From NCBI RefSeq assembly GCF_963676685.1, contig NC_092348.1, positions 13,268,001-13,332,000 of the forward strand: a stretch of 64,000 nucleotides of DNA, written 5' to 3'. The stretch comes from Mytilus edulis (lineage: Eukaryota). Below are positions 20,211 through 34,180 of this stretch, piece by piece. The position numbers were made by a program, and so were the translations under genes. The notes below the pieces were generated by a model. It worked only from the letters and a program-made list of their open reading frames with translations. It searched no databases and was not told where the DNA came from. Each line of letters starts with the position of its first letter. Position 1 is the first letter of the stretch.

Positions 20211-23200
20211 GGAAACACAACATACTGGAAAACACAATCTTGTGTCTACACAATACATGTATTTGTTTTGCATAATTTTAATACAGTTGAATATAAAAAG
20301 ATAAGAAGATAGTAATAATTGAAAAGTATATGTTGACCTAAACTTTAGATAACCAAAATCAATCAATAAGAGGGGGTCCTACTAAAAAACGCCCGGGTGA
20401 AGAAAAAGCGCCCAGGGAAGAAAAAAAAAACCTAGGGAAAAGAAAAGGCGCCTGGGGAAAATATATAGAAATTGTATTGGCATGAGACAACTTTGTGTCG
20501 ATAAAATAAGTTATGCACATTGATTTTTTTTTAAATTTTAGACAAGTATTTTGCAAATTCAAATTATAGACATTTGTAATAAAGCATGATATCAAAATAA
20601 AAAATACCAAAACAACTTAAATTTCACAGATAAATATTAATTTTATAAAATTAGAAGAGTTACACATTAATATTTAAGAATGATAAAAGTGACATGCACA
20701 TGTATATCAGCATCAGCAAATAAAACAATTATACTATGCATGTTAAAAGCAGGTGTTTGGTATAAAACAAATAATATTGAATCATCGATAAACAGTTTTG
20801 GTTTTATAAAAAAATTCGAATAAAATTTACAATTTTTACGGTATATTCCACAAGGGCAGAATATCATATTTGCCTTAGCAGTGGGGTTAACTTTTCTTAG
20901 TATCAGGCATGTTGAAACCCTTCCACGATCTTCCAATGTCAATTCAAGTGTGTTTAATAAAATACAAAACTTTGAATAGTGTTCACCATGCAGTTGCAAA
21001 TATTAGACCTCGGGCACTGATTTTTTTTTAATAACGAAATATTATAAATTTTGATTCAAGGACAATATCGTTCATAGAATCCTGTACTGCTTCTGATTTG
21101 ATGATACAGGATTGAAATTAATTGTAATCAAAAGCTTATCCAATTAGGTTTAAAAAATGCTGAAAATCATATTCACATTTTACTAAGTATTGAAAATATC
21201 TTCAATTTCTGCATGTCTAATATGATAATAATTGATAATATGCCTTTTCATTAAGCGAAAAAAAATAGGCAATATTTTTCAACTGAATTTTAAGTAATTT
21301 TTTGCCACATGACCATCTATATTTTTTGGTTGTAATGCAACATTGGCATTTCTAGTAACAGGAAATGCTACCTGTTTTTCCTAGAGTTTGTGCAAGTCTT
21401 GTATAGTTCAAGAAAAAAAAACCAAACACCCACTGATACCCTTTGGAAAATGCATTACAAATAATTGCGCTCTTGTAACCAGTAGATCTCTAAACAGGAA
21501 GTAGAATGGAGTGTCATCAGATTCTTGTAAGCTAAGTGTTGACACAGGGTCTGTATCTTAATCAAACTGAGCAATTCAAATTTTTTACTGATGAATTATG
21601 TGTTTGACATTTGTTATAACTGTTAGTGTTATAATAATTTCATGAACCTCCCAAAAGTTCAAGGAATTATAATTCAACAACAAATCTCTGTATTTGTGAT
21701 AAAATTTAATAAAAATTGTTTACCAATTTATGATATCTGTATTCCTATTGTAAATATTTTCTTGTCAGTAAAATACAATACATGCTTTGATATGTGAGGT
21801 GTCACTTGTAACATTTGGATATTGAACTAACTGAGAAACTTCAACCCCATGTGAAGGACCAAGTAGATAAAGCCACATAGAGAAAAATATGATGACTACT
21901 GCATAAATAGGTACCCAAAGAACAACGAAATATTTAAGTTTCTTTATGATGGGCCCTTTTCATTTTATCATTAACACACAAATAACGCTTTTAGCTTCTT
22001 CATCATGAATTATTAAAAAAAATATGGTATTTATGAAGCATATGTTAGCATGAACATGCAGGACTGTAAACAGTTTGTGGTATGATGTTTAAATCTAGAT
22101 ATAAATGGAGATCGAGTATATGTCAAGTGGCCAGCAAACTAACAATACAACAGCCTCAAAACCTCATTATGTTTGGCATTGTCTGGTATTACATCTTTTG
22201 TTTTTCTCTTTGCAATCTCTTCAACATCAGCCGATATTTAATTGTGGAATTGTTATCTCTTGAACACTATGTTTAATGTATTTTTTTAATTGGAATAGCA
22301 ATGAGATTTTTTTATGAATTTGAGAATCACAGAAGGCAATAACTTATTTATTGAATCAGTTCTCTTAATAAAATACCAATTGAACGTAGAATTTTTCAAT
22401 ATCCTTTTTGCAAGATGATACATATTGAAACTCTTCATAAACAAGAGCGTATGTTACGTGACATTATCAAATCAAATTTACCAATCTCATTACCAAGAAT
22501 GGCAATGCTTGCAGATGTGCACATTTTAGGAGAAATTGGATAAAAATATCCATATAAGTTTATTATATGGTTTTCTACAGAATAGCAGGATTAAGACGGA
22601 CCAATTCCATTTTGTTTTAATGAAATTTGGTAAAGTGCCACCTGCACCCAGCGTTATTGGAATTAGTAGAAATATTGTTAAACCATTTGTGACATTTTGA
22701 AAAACTACATTACGGCAATGTATGCTTTTGTTGACAGAATGAGTTTGTCAAATGAAAGATGTGGGTTTGTTTATTATCATGCTACAAAAGACTTCTGTGC
22801 AAAACGCTAAATATATACTGAATTTGCCTCTAGTTCTAGTTGATATTAGTATGATAGTTAGAAAATAAGTATTTTTTGTAATGTTTTTAAAGCTTAACAG
22901 CTTTAATTGTGAATTCAATTTAAAATACAACTGCATTGCTACTATTCTTTCAATCTATCTGTCCCATTTAAAAAAAACAACAGAAGGGGAATTTAACAAT
23001 TTGCCTACTAAATAGTCAGAATGAGGGGGATTAAGGCAGGTTTCAATACAATAGATTAACTTAGTGTTGGTTAATTTATACTTGCATTGCCATATTAAAA
23101 ACAATAGCCAAAATTAGTCATTAAAATCTCTTATCTCTTTAAATAATAACATTTTTGGAACATCTGGGAAACAGACGGAGGAATGTTTGTATAATTGGGC

Positions 23201-23737
23201 AAATGATAGGACAATTGTACAAATGATCTAATTCCCTGTAATTGTCTTGGCTTGTTCTATCATGACAGTAATCATACACACAGATGTCACAGAATTTCTA
23301 CAAATCTCCAATATTTCATCATTTAAAAGCCCACATGAGATCTGATACAAAATTACATTTCTTATATATTTGCAGTTGTAGCTGTAAATGAAAGTGAAGA
23401 TTAGAAAATTAGAAAGTTTGAAAGAATTGTAAGTAAATACAGTTAAATCTCCTATAAATGAAGGAAATTAGACTTGAACAGACATTCTACACCTAGTCCA
23501 AGAATAATTCTCACTGGGACCATTGTTTTGTTTCTAGTGAATCAGTCAGTATATAGCAAGTCTCAAATTATTCTCAATGAAATAGAGAACTGTTAAAAGC
23601 TTATACGTATATATCAGATATGTCCATCTCAAGTATCAAAGTAGTACTCATAAGACAAAAACTAAAAATGCCATGGCCAAAAATGAAAAAAAAAATGACC
23701 AACATGAGAAACATCAGTATACAAAACACCACACAGT

Positions 23738-24238
23738 ATATTTATCAATTCTAATGCAATTATTTTGTATCAATGGTTCTGATTGGCTGACAGTTAGCGT
23801 AAAATTCTCTATTTCCTTGTCTGTAACTAAGGAAGCTGACATTTTGAATTGCTGAATGTATTGACATGCAATTTCTACAATAATAAGCCAAAAAAACTCA
23901 CATGTTGCACCTAAAAATCTTCTTTTTATCAAATTTTATTACATTCTGAAGCGGCACAGAAGCCAGAAAATGTCCGGTATTAATGTTTAAGGCTGGAAGC
24001 ATACCTATGACGTCACCTAGTGTAGGGACCAAAGAAGATAACATCATTTCGCGGAATTTTCTTTAATGAAGATTTCACACTGAAATAATGATTGAAATTT
24101 AATGATGAACTTGTTTTGCATTAGAATAGAGATAACTGTATTGTATTTGAAGCTTTAAGGACGTCCATTGGTAGTTTTACTGTCGCAAATTACTGATGGA
24201 CGTCCTTAAAGCTTCAAATACAATACAGTTATCTCTTA
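23738..24238. mobile_element. Small non-autonomous element ending in a long hairpin (class uncertain)
   Basis: ATTCTAATGCAA near the left end is inverted as TTGCATTAGAAT at 24116-24127, followed by a perfect 41-bp inverted repeat (24128-24168 / 24196-24236). Confidence 0.55.
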
Positions 24239-26737
24239 ATTCTACTATAATATCTATCTAGAGACATATAGTCATCCAGAGTTTCAAAGAGAAAACCTGT
24301 CTTCAGGTCAACCTTTTATATGCTGTAGTTTTGAATGTTTGAAATTGTTCAAAGGTCAACCCTCTTATAAGATCAGTTCTCTCTGGCCTAGTGTGACTTT
24401 TATAAACAGGTTGGACTGTACTTTAATTATTAATAAGGAATACTATTGGTGTTGTGAGATAACATATATATGGAATCAAAATGATTTTAAAATTTTTGGG
24501 ATATCATTAATTGAATACTAAATGTAGAACATTAAACTCTGGATTTCGCTGTAAAATATCTATGGCTATGGAGCAAAAGTTAGTGAGCTTACAATATCAG
24601 GTCTTTTACTCTGTATATATGTGAGTATCAACACAATCAGTGAAATAGAACTTCAGATTCAATTCCATTATCACTCCATACTGAAGAATAACTTAAAAGT
24701 TATGAATCAGACATCTAATTTAAGTTCTAGCTGATATAAGATTAGAAAAAACTCTTTGATATTTTCTGTAAGGGAGGGTTAAAGTTTTGTGGAAGTTTTT
24801 TATTCTATTTGACATCTGATATTGTCCATATATTTCCAATTACAAAAGAACCTTAATAAGAGCGAGCATTTATTCCAATTTGAAACAGGTGGGGAAAAAA
24901 TATTATTTATGATTATAATTTACAGTATATTTTTTTCAATAAATTCCAGTATTTGGCGTGGTGTATAAAAGCTTAACTAATGCTGTCAAAGCCAATATGT
25001 CAGTTTTGTCCTGTTCATGATATTTCTCAATAAGTATTCTCTTATGTGTCAGACACAGACGTACAGTTCTAAAATATCTGTGAAAAGACAAATCTGTTAG
25101 GATAGATCGCCAGTACAGGTTAAATGGTTATATTTCCATATTTTGAAAACAGTTGGTTTGTTTGACAGGATTTCTTGGCACATGCATATGTTGTTTGAAT
25201 TAGCAGTAGAAAATTAAGTGTCATCAGTGTATGTTGGTGACTGTCATGTCGGTTCTGATTCTGACAAATTATTTGAGGTTTTCTGTCTAAAACAGTTTTT
25301 TTTGGTCATGTTCTATAAACAATAATTGTATGGGGACAATAACTAAGTATGGCTTTGGCATGGGTATTTCTTATTTGATAAAACTGTTAATTAAAAGCAA
25401 GGATCATATGAGGTCAAAAGGTTAAACTATTTTCAATGACCTTTTAACCCAGAAATGGAGCAGCTAACTGTTGTTTTACTGTATATTTTTTAATAGGGTG
25501 ACTTTCAGTAAAGGATATTATCTTTTGAAAAACTTATTATATGATTTCTGGAAAATGATCTAAGGACTCATGATACTTGGTATGTGGTTAAGATATATAT
25601 ATTTGAAATATTTTACAAAAGTGTGAAGGCAAAAGTTTTTTTAAATGTTTAACCACATTTTAAAAATTTGGTAAAAATCAGTGCTTTGATAATATAATAT
25701 TGTGAATGACTTACTCTGTATAATCTTAAAGTTTGACAGTCCTAAAAGACTAAGTTTTAATTTTAGAATTATACTTGTTATTGACATAGTTGTGGACATT
25801 TTCTATGTTTTCAGTATGAAAGAAATAAGGTCATCATTAAAATTGTAATCTAATTTCTGAAATATACAATTATATCAGTTACTGTTTAATACTGATATTG
25901 TTTAATTCTATAATTGTTTATTGTTTCCTGCTTAATATTTTAATTTGGTTTACTATTTCTTCCAACAATATCATATATATAAAGTATGAAACCATCTCTA
26001 TTAAAACATTAAGTGGTGGAGTGGGTGTATGTCTACTTCCATACTTCCATGTGCATGTCTCTTGGCGATTCTTAAAAACAACAAGGGAGTTTTTTTAATG
26101 TTGAATTTTAATCATCAACTAATATTTTTCAAAAATATTGAAAAGGGGAAACATTAGAAATGACATTAAATTGGAAATTTGCGTAGTATGGGTATAATTA
26201 GGTACAAGAGTCACGGAAGTATGTTCTCACTTTGGAAGGAAATCTCATTCAAGTGTTCCTTCCTCATTATTTATCTCGGTAGTACAATTTTCCTTTTGTT
26301 TAGCCGTAATTAAGTTAATGAGATGTCACATGACAAACTTGTTTATCACATCTTCAGTAATTGTACTTTGGTTGTTATGTGGGAATTTCCTCCTTTATAA
26401 ATTAAAAGATCCATCTATTAACTTTCATAGTTATTTTAGTGTTACTTCTTCCTTTGGATACTTAAGGGAAAGTGTAAATTAAGGCTTGATGACCATTTTT
26501 TTTTCTCGAAAATTTTACTCATTCTGAGGTTTATTGTATCTTCTAGGTTGTTTCATTAATTTCACTCCCCCCTCCCCTGCACCCACCCAACCCCCTCCCA
26601 AACACACTTTTGTGTATGAACATCAGATCCAATAATATACAGATTCTTATAATATTTTCCTGTAAGATATTGTTATCAGCTGTGCACCGTATGATTAAAT
26701 CGTAGAAAGTCCCCCTCCTTAATTAATAAACACTTTC

Positions 26738-27056
26738 ATTCTGCAATGACAATAATACCTTGGTGTAAGTTAGATATAACACCCATTCAGGTGTATCTTA
26801 TACTTATTATGTCTTCTGTAGATCATAGCTTCCATGCGTGAGTGCATGCAATTGAACAAAACAGTGAAAATAAAACATTGACCTCATCACTACTATCTTC
26901 CCCCATACCCCTCTGTCATTCTGCATCGAAAATAATATCTTAGTGTAAATTATAGACACACCCATTCATAACACCCTCAATATGTATCTAATACTTATGT
27001 CTTTGGTAGATCAAAGCTTCCTTGTGTGAGTGCAATCGTTGAATAAAACATTGACC
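26738..27056. repeat. Diverged ~180-bp tandem duplication
   Basis: CATTCTGCA...ACACCCATTCA...GTAGATCA(T/A)AGCTTCC...AATAAAACATTGACCT occurs twice. Confidence 0.75.
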
Positions 27057-28041
27057 TTGATCAGTAATACACATCCTATTATTTTATTATTATATTATCT
27101 TTACTAATTAGATATTACTAATATGATGTTATAGATAATTGTTTATAATAGTTGATAGCGTATATCTATTAGAACAGAACGTTTCTTTACCTAACCTTTG
27201 GCTAGTTAAGTTTGGTTTGATTAATTATTTCCTTATTAATAAAAAATTTACCTTAATGTTGTTAGATTGCTGTCTTATTGACAATCACACCTTCTTTGAT
27301 GCATATGTATTAAATATATAATATAAAGAAAAATATATTGTTCATGCACTTGAAGTTACTTTTTTTCCTTCATGATCTTAGCATGATATATTTAAAAGCT
27401 TTTAAATGTTTTAAGTAAAATTAAAGTTTATTTGATAAAGTGTAGTTCAAGTTTTATGGTTTGAAGATTATGAAAGATTTAGAGGTAATTTTGAGAGTTG
27501 GACTTTTTTCCAATCTAATCAGATGCATGAATAGAAATTCTGCATGTACATATACCAATCATATTATATAATGTATAAGATTAGTTTGTCAAAGTATAAC
27601 CATGAAACTTTGGATTAAATTTTATAGTTTCCTCCGTTTCTTTTTGGTGGGCTCATTTTATTCCAGTAGAAATGACCCTGTCTGTCATATTGCTGTGATA
27701 TTAATCAGCAGTAAATAGTCTAATACTTGCTGTAATTATTGATTACCTATTCTTATGACATTATCAAAAGAATATGGTACCCATCATCAAGTCCTCCACT
27801 TGTCCATTTAGAGTTTGAACTGACCAATGTTTAAATGGTACACCTAATTTGCTGACACCAATATGATAGCACTAGCAGGTTAGTTATCCATTACATTTTA
27901 TTTATTACCTTACTATCAGATCCATTTACTTCTTATGCTTTAAGAGCTGTGATAACTAACTTAGAAAAGAGGGTGCAATTGACTCGAAGACCTTTATGAA
28001 CTCATATTCCTATGTTTGATCTTCTTGTAGCTAAGATATAT

Positions 28042-28294
28042 AGGGGCCTCGGTGGCCGAGTGGTCTAAGTAGTTACTACTGCAATCACAAGCCAGTCAAC
28101 ACTTAGGTTGTAAGTTTTGAACCCCGCTAATTCGAGTGCACTCGACTCCAATCTTAATTGACTAGGTTTGTCAGTTTTCCTATCGAAGGTCATGGTTTTC
28201 TCCGGGCACTCCAGCTTCCTCCACCAAAAAAAGTGGCCGCCACAAAATAGCCTAAATACTGTTCTTAAAAGTGGCATTAAAACACAAAAATTAC
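28042..28294 (+). mobile_element. tRNA-derived SINE with V-type central domain
   Basis: tRNA-like head GGGGCCTCGGTGGCCGAGTGGTCTAAG (A box), degenerate B box GTTTTGAACC, V-domain-like GGTTTTCTCCGGGCACTCCAGCTTCCTCC and an A-rich tail. 16-bp TSD TGTAGCTAAGA(T/C)ATAT at 28026-28041 and 28295-28310. Confidence 0.85.
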
Positions 28295-28394
28295 TGTAGC
28301 TAAGACATATCACCAAGTAATCTACTGTATTAAAGTATTAGTTCCAAGAATTGTTAAGAGACTTTCCCTCTTTCATTCTTTCATCCTTACCACT

Positions 28395-29392
28395 GTATGA
28401 TATCTTCCCCCATACCCCCTCTGTTGTGTTACTCACTCCTAAGTTGTCTTATCCCCTCCCCCTTGTAACTAAGTATGTACTGTCTTGCCCCATACCCCCC
28501 CCCCCCCCCTGTGTCACTTACTCCTTAGTTGTCTTATCCCCTCCCTCTTGTAACTAAGTATGTACTGTCTCCTCCCTAATCCCCCGCTATGTCACTCACT
28601 CCTAAGTTGTCTAATCCCTTCCCCCTTGTAACTTCAGTATATACTGTCTCCCCCTAATCCCCCTCTATGTCACTCACTCCTAAGTTTTCTAATCCCCTCC
28701 CCCTTGTAACTTCAATATGTACTATATTGTCCCTATCCCCTCTATGCAACTCACTCCCAAGTTGGCTTATCCCCTCCCCCCCTGTAACTTCAGTATGTAC
28801 AGTCTCCTCCCATACCACCCACTCCTAAGTTGTCTAATCTCCTTACCCTTGTAACTCAGTATGTAATATCTTCTCCCATACCCCCTCTGTGTCACTCACT
28901 CCTTAGTTGTCTAATCCCCTCCCCCTTGTAATTTCAGTATGTATTGTCTCTCCCCATACCCCCTCTATGTCACTCACTCCTAAGTTGTCTAATCCCCTCC
29001 CCCTTGTAACTACAGTATATACTGTCTCCCCCTATCACCATCTATGTCACTTCTTAGTTGTCTAATCCCCTCCCCCTTGTAATTTCAGTATGTATTGTCT
29101 CTCCCCATACCCCCTCTATGTCACTCACTCCTAAGTTGTCTAATCCCCCCCTTGTAACTTTAGTATATAGTATCTACCCCCCTTTCCCCCCTCTGTCACT
29201 CACTCCTAAGTTGTCTAATCCCCTCCCCCTTGTAACTTTAGTATGTAGTATCTACCCCCTATCCCCCTATGTCACTCACTCCTAAGTGGTCTAATCCCCT
29301 CCCCCTTGTAACTTTAGTATGTAGTATCTACCCCCCTATTCACCCTATGTCACTCACTCCTAAGTTGTCTAATCCCCTCCCCCTTGTAACTT
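28395..29392. repeat. C-rich ~72-bp minisatellite, about 13-14 copies
   Basis: Unit CCCCTCTATGTCACTCACTCCTAAGTTGTCTAATCCCCTCCCCCTTGTAACTTCAGTATGTACTGTCTCCCC-like. Confidence 0.92.
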
Positions 29393-30186
29393 CTCTATAT
29401 ATCATTGATTACTTATTGACATTATTTTTAAGACCAGGTGTAACATGTGTTTGATATGAACAGCTGTTTTTCTCTGTGATACTTCACAGACTGAAGCCAG
29501 TACTGCAGGAATATCTATCTCTGTATCTATGTTGGCGCCATCAGTTTTCTTAACCATCTGCTACTGCTATCATCGCCACATGAGGGTGATTGGAACCATC
29601 TAATTGATATGATAACACTACATAGAAAATGTGTGTGTTTGTAAGTGGTGATTGTTCAGACCTTAAAATACCTGTAGTCGACATCTATCAATGCTATTTG
29701 TACTCCGTTAGTTTTTCTGCAATTGTTTAACCAGATGCCTTCCGTGCTGATGAAAAAAGTAGCGCTAATTGACTTACGTTTAACATAAAGGTAGATTGTT
29801 AAAGACACCATACCTGAGTATTATATAAATCTCTGTTTACCTGTTGAGAAAAGCTAATTGGGAAAAGAATTTAGTAATCTTTATTCCAGATAGATGCAAT
29901 AAGCTGACATTCTTAAGTTTATATTTGTCATTGAAACTGAATGTTTGATGTTTGTGTGAAGTCATAAAAACTTTTTCCTCAATAACCCAACAACTTCACT
30001 TTTTAGCATTGATGATTGAATAAACTTTGATCAGATGCTAGTTTTTGTGAAGAACAAATGTGGTAGAAAATCATAACAATGTTTGAAGGACTTGAAACCT
30101 TAAAACGATGATGGTTTCTGTACGGAAAATAGACAAATTGAATTATGAAGTGACTGTAGGTTATGTGTAAGACATTTTAACTAGAT

Positions 30187-30292
30187 ATGGATGAAGAAAA
30201 GGATAGAAAACCAATCAGCCTATACAAACTAATGAAGTTAAATCCTCAGCGATACCACAGTATTTTCTCGATGGACATTTTTCATCCAAGAC
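30187..30292 (+). CDS. Candidate first coding exon of the host gene (MDEEKDRKPISLYKLMKLNPQRYHSIFSMDIFHPR, phase 1)
   Basis: ATG preceded by an in-frame TAA, 106 nt open, then donor C|GTATGT. Phase 1 is compatible with the exon at 63642. Confidence 0.4.
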
Positions 30293-31873
30293 GTATGTAA
30301 AAAAAATCTTTCAATTTGAAGCATGTTTTTCAATATTTTATGGTGAATGGCAAATAATTTTTTCTTTTCAAAAATTATTTTCTTTTCTGTATTTTTTTAT
30401 TTGTTGTCTTTTTACTAGTATATATATTTTTATTTTATTCTTTTTCTGTAAGTGTTAGATCCAAACATTTTATAACAATAATTAAGATCTAAAATATGTC
30501 TTATGTTATTTAATAGGTATGTAGTCTGCAATATTAGAATGTTAACTTTTCTATGAACTTTTGTAACATTCTTTAGAAAAAAGTTTCGTGACTATAAGTT
30601 TTTTGTTGGACTTTTATCTTTAATTGTCATAACATAGTCAAGTAGCTGTTGCATGCAATATAAATGTGGTTTCATTTCAAGTGCTTTAAACTAATATCAA
30701 TTGATTACATTATGCCAATACCACAAAAAAAAATTTATTATCAATTTTTTTTTAGTAAAGAAAAAAAGAGTCAGTGTCCAATCAGCATGTGCAAAATTAT
30801 TTTCCTTCCTAAATATTATTTTGAGAAAAATAGCTATAGGAATTTATAGGGAGGTTGTTTTTTCAGCAAATTGAAAAGAAAATGAACAGAAAATCCTTCC
30901 AGTCACCATCCCCTTTCTCTTGCTGTCAAATCTACAACATTTTTTTTTAATATTATTACACTATTGGAGTAACCTTCATTTTTAGATGAAACTTAAAATT
31001 TGCATTATAAATGAAAGAAATTTCTAATTATTATCATATGTTATGACACAATTAAATGTCTTGATGATAATGTGTGCACATGAATAACATTTGTAAACTT
31101 CATGACTATATTGTGAATTTCAGAAAAAATATAAAATGACCATTTGAGCTTATTCAAGAAGGCTTGTGTTCCTGTTTTGAGTTCATTAGTATATTCCAAA
31201 TATTGCTATCAATTAGTTAAATCGAAGGCAGTGAAGGCTGTTTGTTTTTCAAAATTTATGGCAGATTTTGTTGTTTTAAAGTTTTGACCACTTTTTTGAG
31301 GCAGGTCATTGTTCGTTACAGGACTTATTAGTCTAATATTAGATTAGATTTACATTACATTATTTTCAGCTATATTTAAGTCAGATAATTGTACTGGCGG
31401 AAAAATTTGGATTTTTAAGAAAGCCACTTATTTAAGCAAGTTATTGGTCATTACAGGACTTTGACTTGAATTGTCATAAAGTCAAACAGATTTATTAACA
31501 CTCAATAGATATTAGGTAAAAAGTCGAACTGCTTTTGGGGTTGTTAAGGACTTGGTTAATTGAAGGGACCATGCACAGTAGGAAATCCTTATTCTTCCAG
31601 GCAACCTCATTTGACCTATGGTTAAAGATATGCTTCCTAGTTGTACTCCTAGTCTGGTTTTTTATACTGGGTTTTAGTTAGGTAGTATCGATGGAAGTCT
31701 AAAATAAAAATGATAGAATCAAATTGTTCATACTTTGGGATCATGTACAGGAAAAAACATCATTATGATGATTAGAAGTTAAACTAAATGATAGAATTGT
31801 TAAATAGATACTAAATTATAGCTTTTAGACAATGCTTTGAGAATATCAAAAGAAAAGATAGGGTCACTGTATG

Positions 31874-32161
31874 TTTTTTATGCCCCACCTACGATAGTAG
31901 AGGGGCATAATGTTTTCTGGTCTGTGCGTCCGTCCGTCCGTTCGTCCGTCTGTCCCGCTTCAGGTTAAAGTTTTTGGTCGAGGTAGTTTTTGATGAAGTT
32001 GAAGTCCAATCGACTTCAAACTTGGTACACATGTTCCCTATGATATGATCTTTCTAATTTAAATGCCAAATTAGAGATTTTACCCCAATTTCACTGTCCA
32101 CTGAACTTAGAAAATGATAGTGCGAGTGGGGCATTCGTGTACTGAGGACACATTCTTGTTT
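31874..32161 (+). mobile_element. Short Helentron-type MITE (HINE), copy 1
   Basis: TTTTTATGCCCCAC...GGGGCATA, (GTCC)n microsatellite, core, GTGGGGCAT subTIR, GTGT..ACAC hairpin, TTCTTGTT end. Near-identical copy at 37224. Confidence 0.8.
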
Positions 32162-33889
32162 CTGGCTAAAATACAAAATAGGAAAATTCCATGTATATTT
32201 TTTCAGAAAATGTACTATTTCGGATTTACCTCCCCTTAAAATGCCAATTTAAAAACATTAAAATTCAACCAAAAATAATTTACAATTGTAAAAATATTAG
32301 TATTTATAAGTTATAATCTTATAAAATTTGTTCTTTAAATTAAAAATTCACATTAGTTATCTGCATTCCTGTATCGAATTGTGCTAACTTGATCCAAAAT
32401 GTGGACCTTAGGTTCTCTGTTTTTTACAATCAAAGATCGCAAAAGACACCCATACCACCTTAGTAGCTTGTTTACATTACATGTATGCATTTCGGTGAAT
32501 CTGTCAGAATATCACAAAGTACTTATGCATTTTCCTGAGTAACCAAATCATTCTTTTTGGGCCTTCACAAATGTTAAAGTCATTTTTATGAGAAATTAGA
32601 TCACCCTGGGTTCGGAGCTAGTAAGAACTTCAATATGGTTAATAATTTTTATATATTAATTCAAATTGACATAAACACACTTTCATCATGGAAGGTATTT
32701 TTTAATTGCTCATTGGAAGTGGTGAACTAAGACTTTTGTTTTTCAAGTTGTCAATCCACGATGTTGGAATGTAAGAAAATATGAAGAAAAGAATGAATAG
32801 ACAAAGAATGTTTTAAATAAACTTAGAAGAGAGAATAAGAAGTATAAAAAATGTAATACTTAAAGCTGTCAACTTAAAGTTAAGTTATAAGTATCAAGAG
32901 GAAAAAAGAATAAAAAAAACAGTGAAAAAGTAAACAAGTGAAAGAAAAAAAACACCAACATTATAGTAAGATAAAACCATGTATGTTTTGGTTTTTTTTA
33001 TCGGACTTGTGTCAACTTATTCTGCAGTCTGAACCTGTTATGTCTAAGTTACCTCTAGTATTATAACAAAAGGCTTCCTATGTAAGCATTACATTTATAT
33101 GCATCACAAAAGGGCCAATGAAACAATTATAAAGTATTCTGAGTGCCTATAAGACTGTTTATATAGCCTTTTTAAGTATCAGAGAAGTGGCAAAAATATG
33201 TTTTTGTAATTATCTTGAGTAATCTTTTGACAAGGCTTGATGGTTTCTGGTATATAAATTATAAAAATGCATGTGTTTAACATCTACCATCCGCTAGTAT
33301 CTCTGCAGTCATTTTGCACATGTTGTCTGGCGCCAGCCTGTCGCAGCCAAATCTGCAAAATCAATTATTTTGACCCCAGCCAAAAGAACTACTCAAAACA
33401 TATGATATTGCAATGCGGATCTAATGCTTAAAATACTATACAAGTAATGATTTTAACATCTGTTAGTTTTCTCTGATGATAAGAATCCAGGTTTACATCA
33501 ACAAGTGCACTGGTATAATGTTGATAGTTGTTAATATCTATCTCTAGCTTAAATAAACTGATAGTGTGAAACATTGGTGTTGATACAGATGTAAGACAAC
33601 ACCTATACTATGGCAATGTTTTGACAGTTTGGTAATATACACTAACAATGAAGTAATAGTCTAGATATTTTGTCAGAAAACGTGATACTATTATGTCTGT
33701 GTATATTTTGACAGTTTTGTAATAGATATTGTCAACACTAACAAGTAATGGTTGACTGGATTTTGTCAGAAAAGAATGGTGTCATAGCTGTCACAGTTAG
33801 TCTGACCGGGAAATTTGTTTCATGTGTGGGATATTGTCTGTCAGAAATAGTGCCAAAAGCTGTGGGATTTTGAATAGTTGTTTTATGAA

Positions 33890-34180
33890 ATGATTGTAAG
33901 GTGAATGTCTGTGTGGCAGGTATCATCTGACCTTGACCTCCTTTTCATGGCTCATTGGTAAATCTTAAGTTTTCATGGTTAAGTAAACTGTTTCTTAGAC
34001 ACAGCATGAAATAGGTCAACTATTTTTAAAGCATTAATTGATTGTAAGGTGAACATGTCTGCCTGGAATAGTTCATCTGACCTTGACCTCATTTTCATGG
34101 TTCATTTGTTCTATGTTTACCTTTCCTGGTTGAGTCAGTATAGAAACTATAAGCAATAGGTCAACTATATTTAGTATATT
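33890..34180. repeat. Degenerate ~150-bp tandem core repeat (2 copies), likely a Helentron remnant
   Basis: TGATTGTAAGGTGAA...CATCTGACCTTGACCTC...TTTTCATGG...AATAGGTCAACTATT occurs twice. Confidence 0.6.

Noticed and set aside
28043-28125. tRNA gene
   Set aside because: The cloverleaf is incomplete and the B box degenerate. It continues into a SINE body and is bounded by a TSD.
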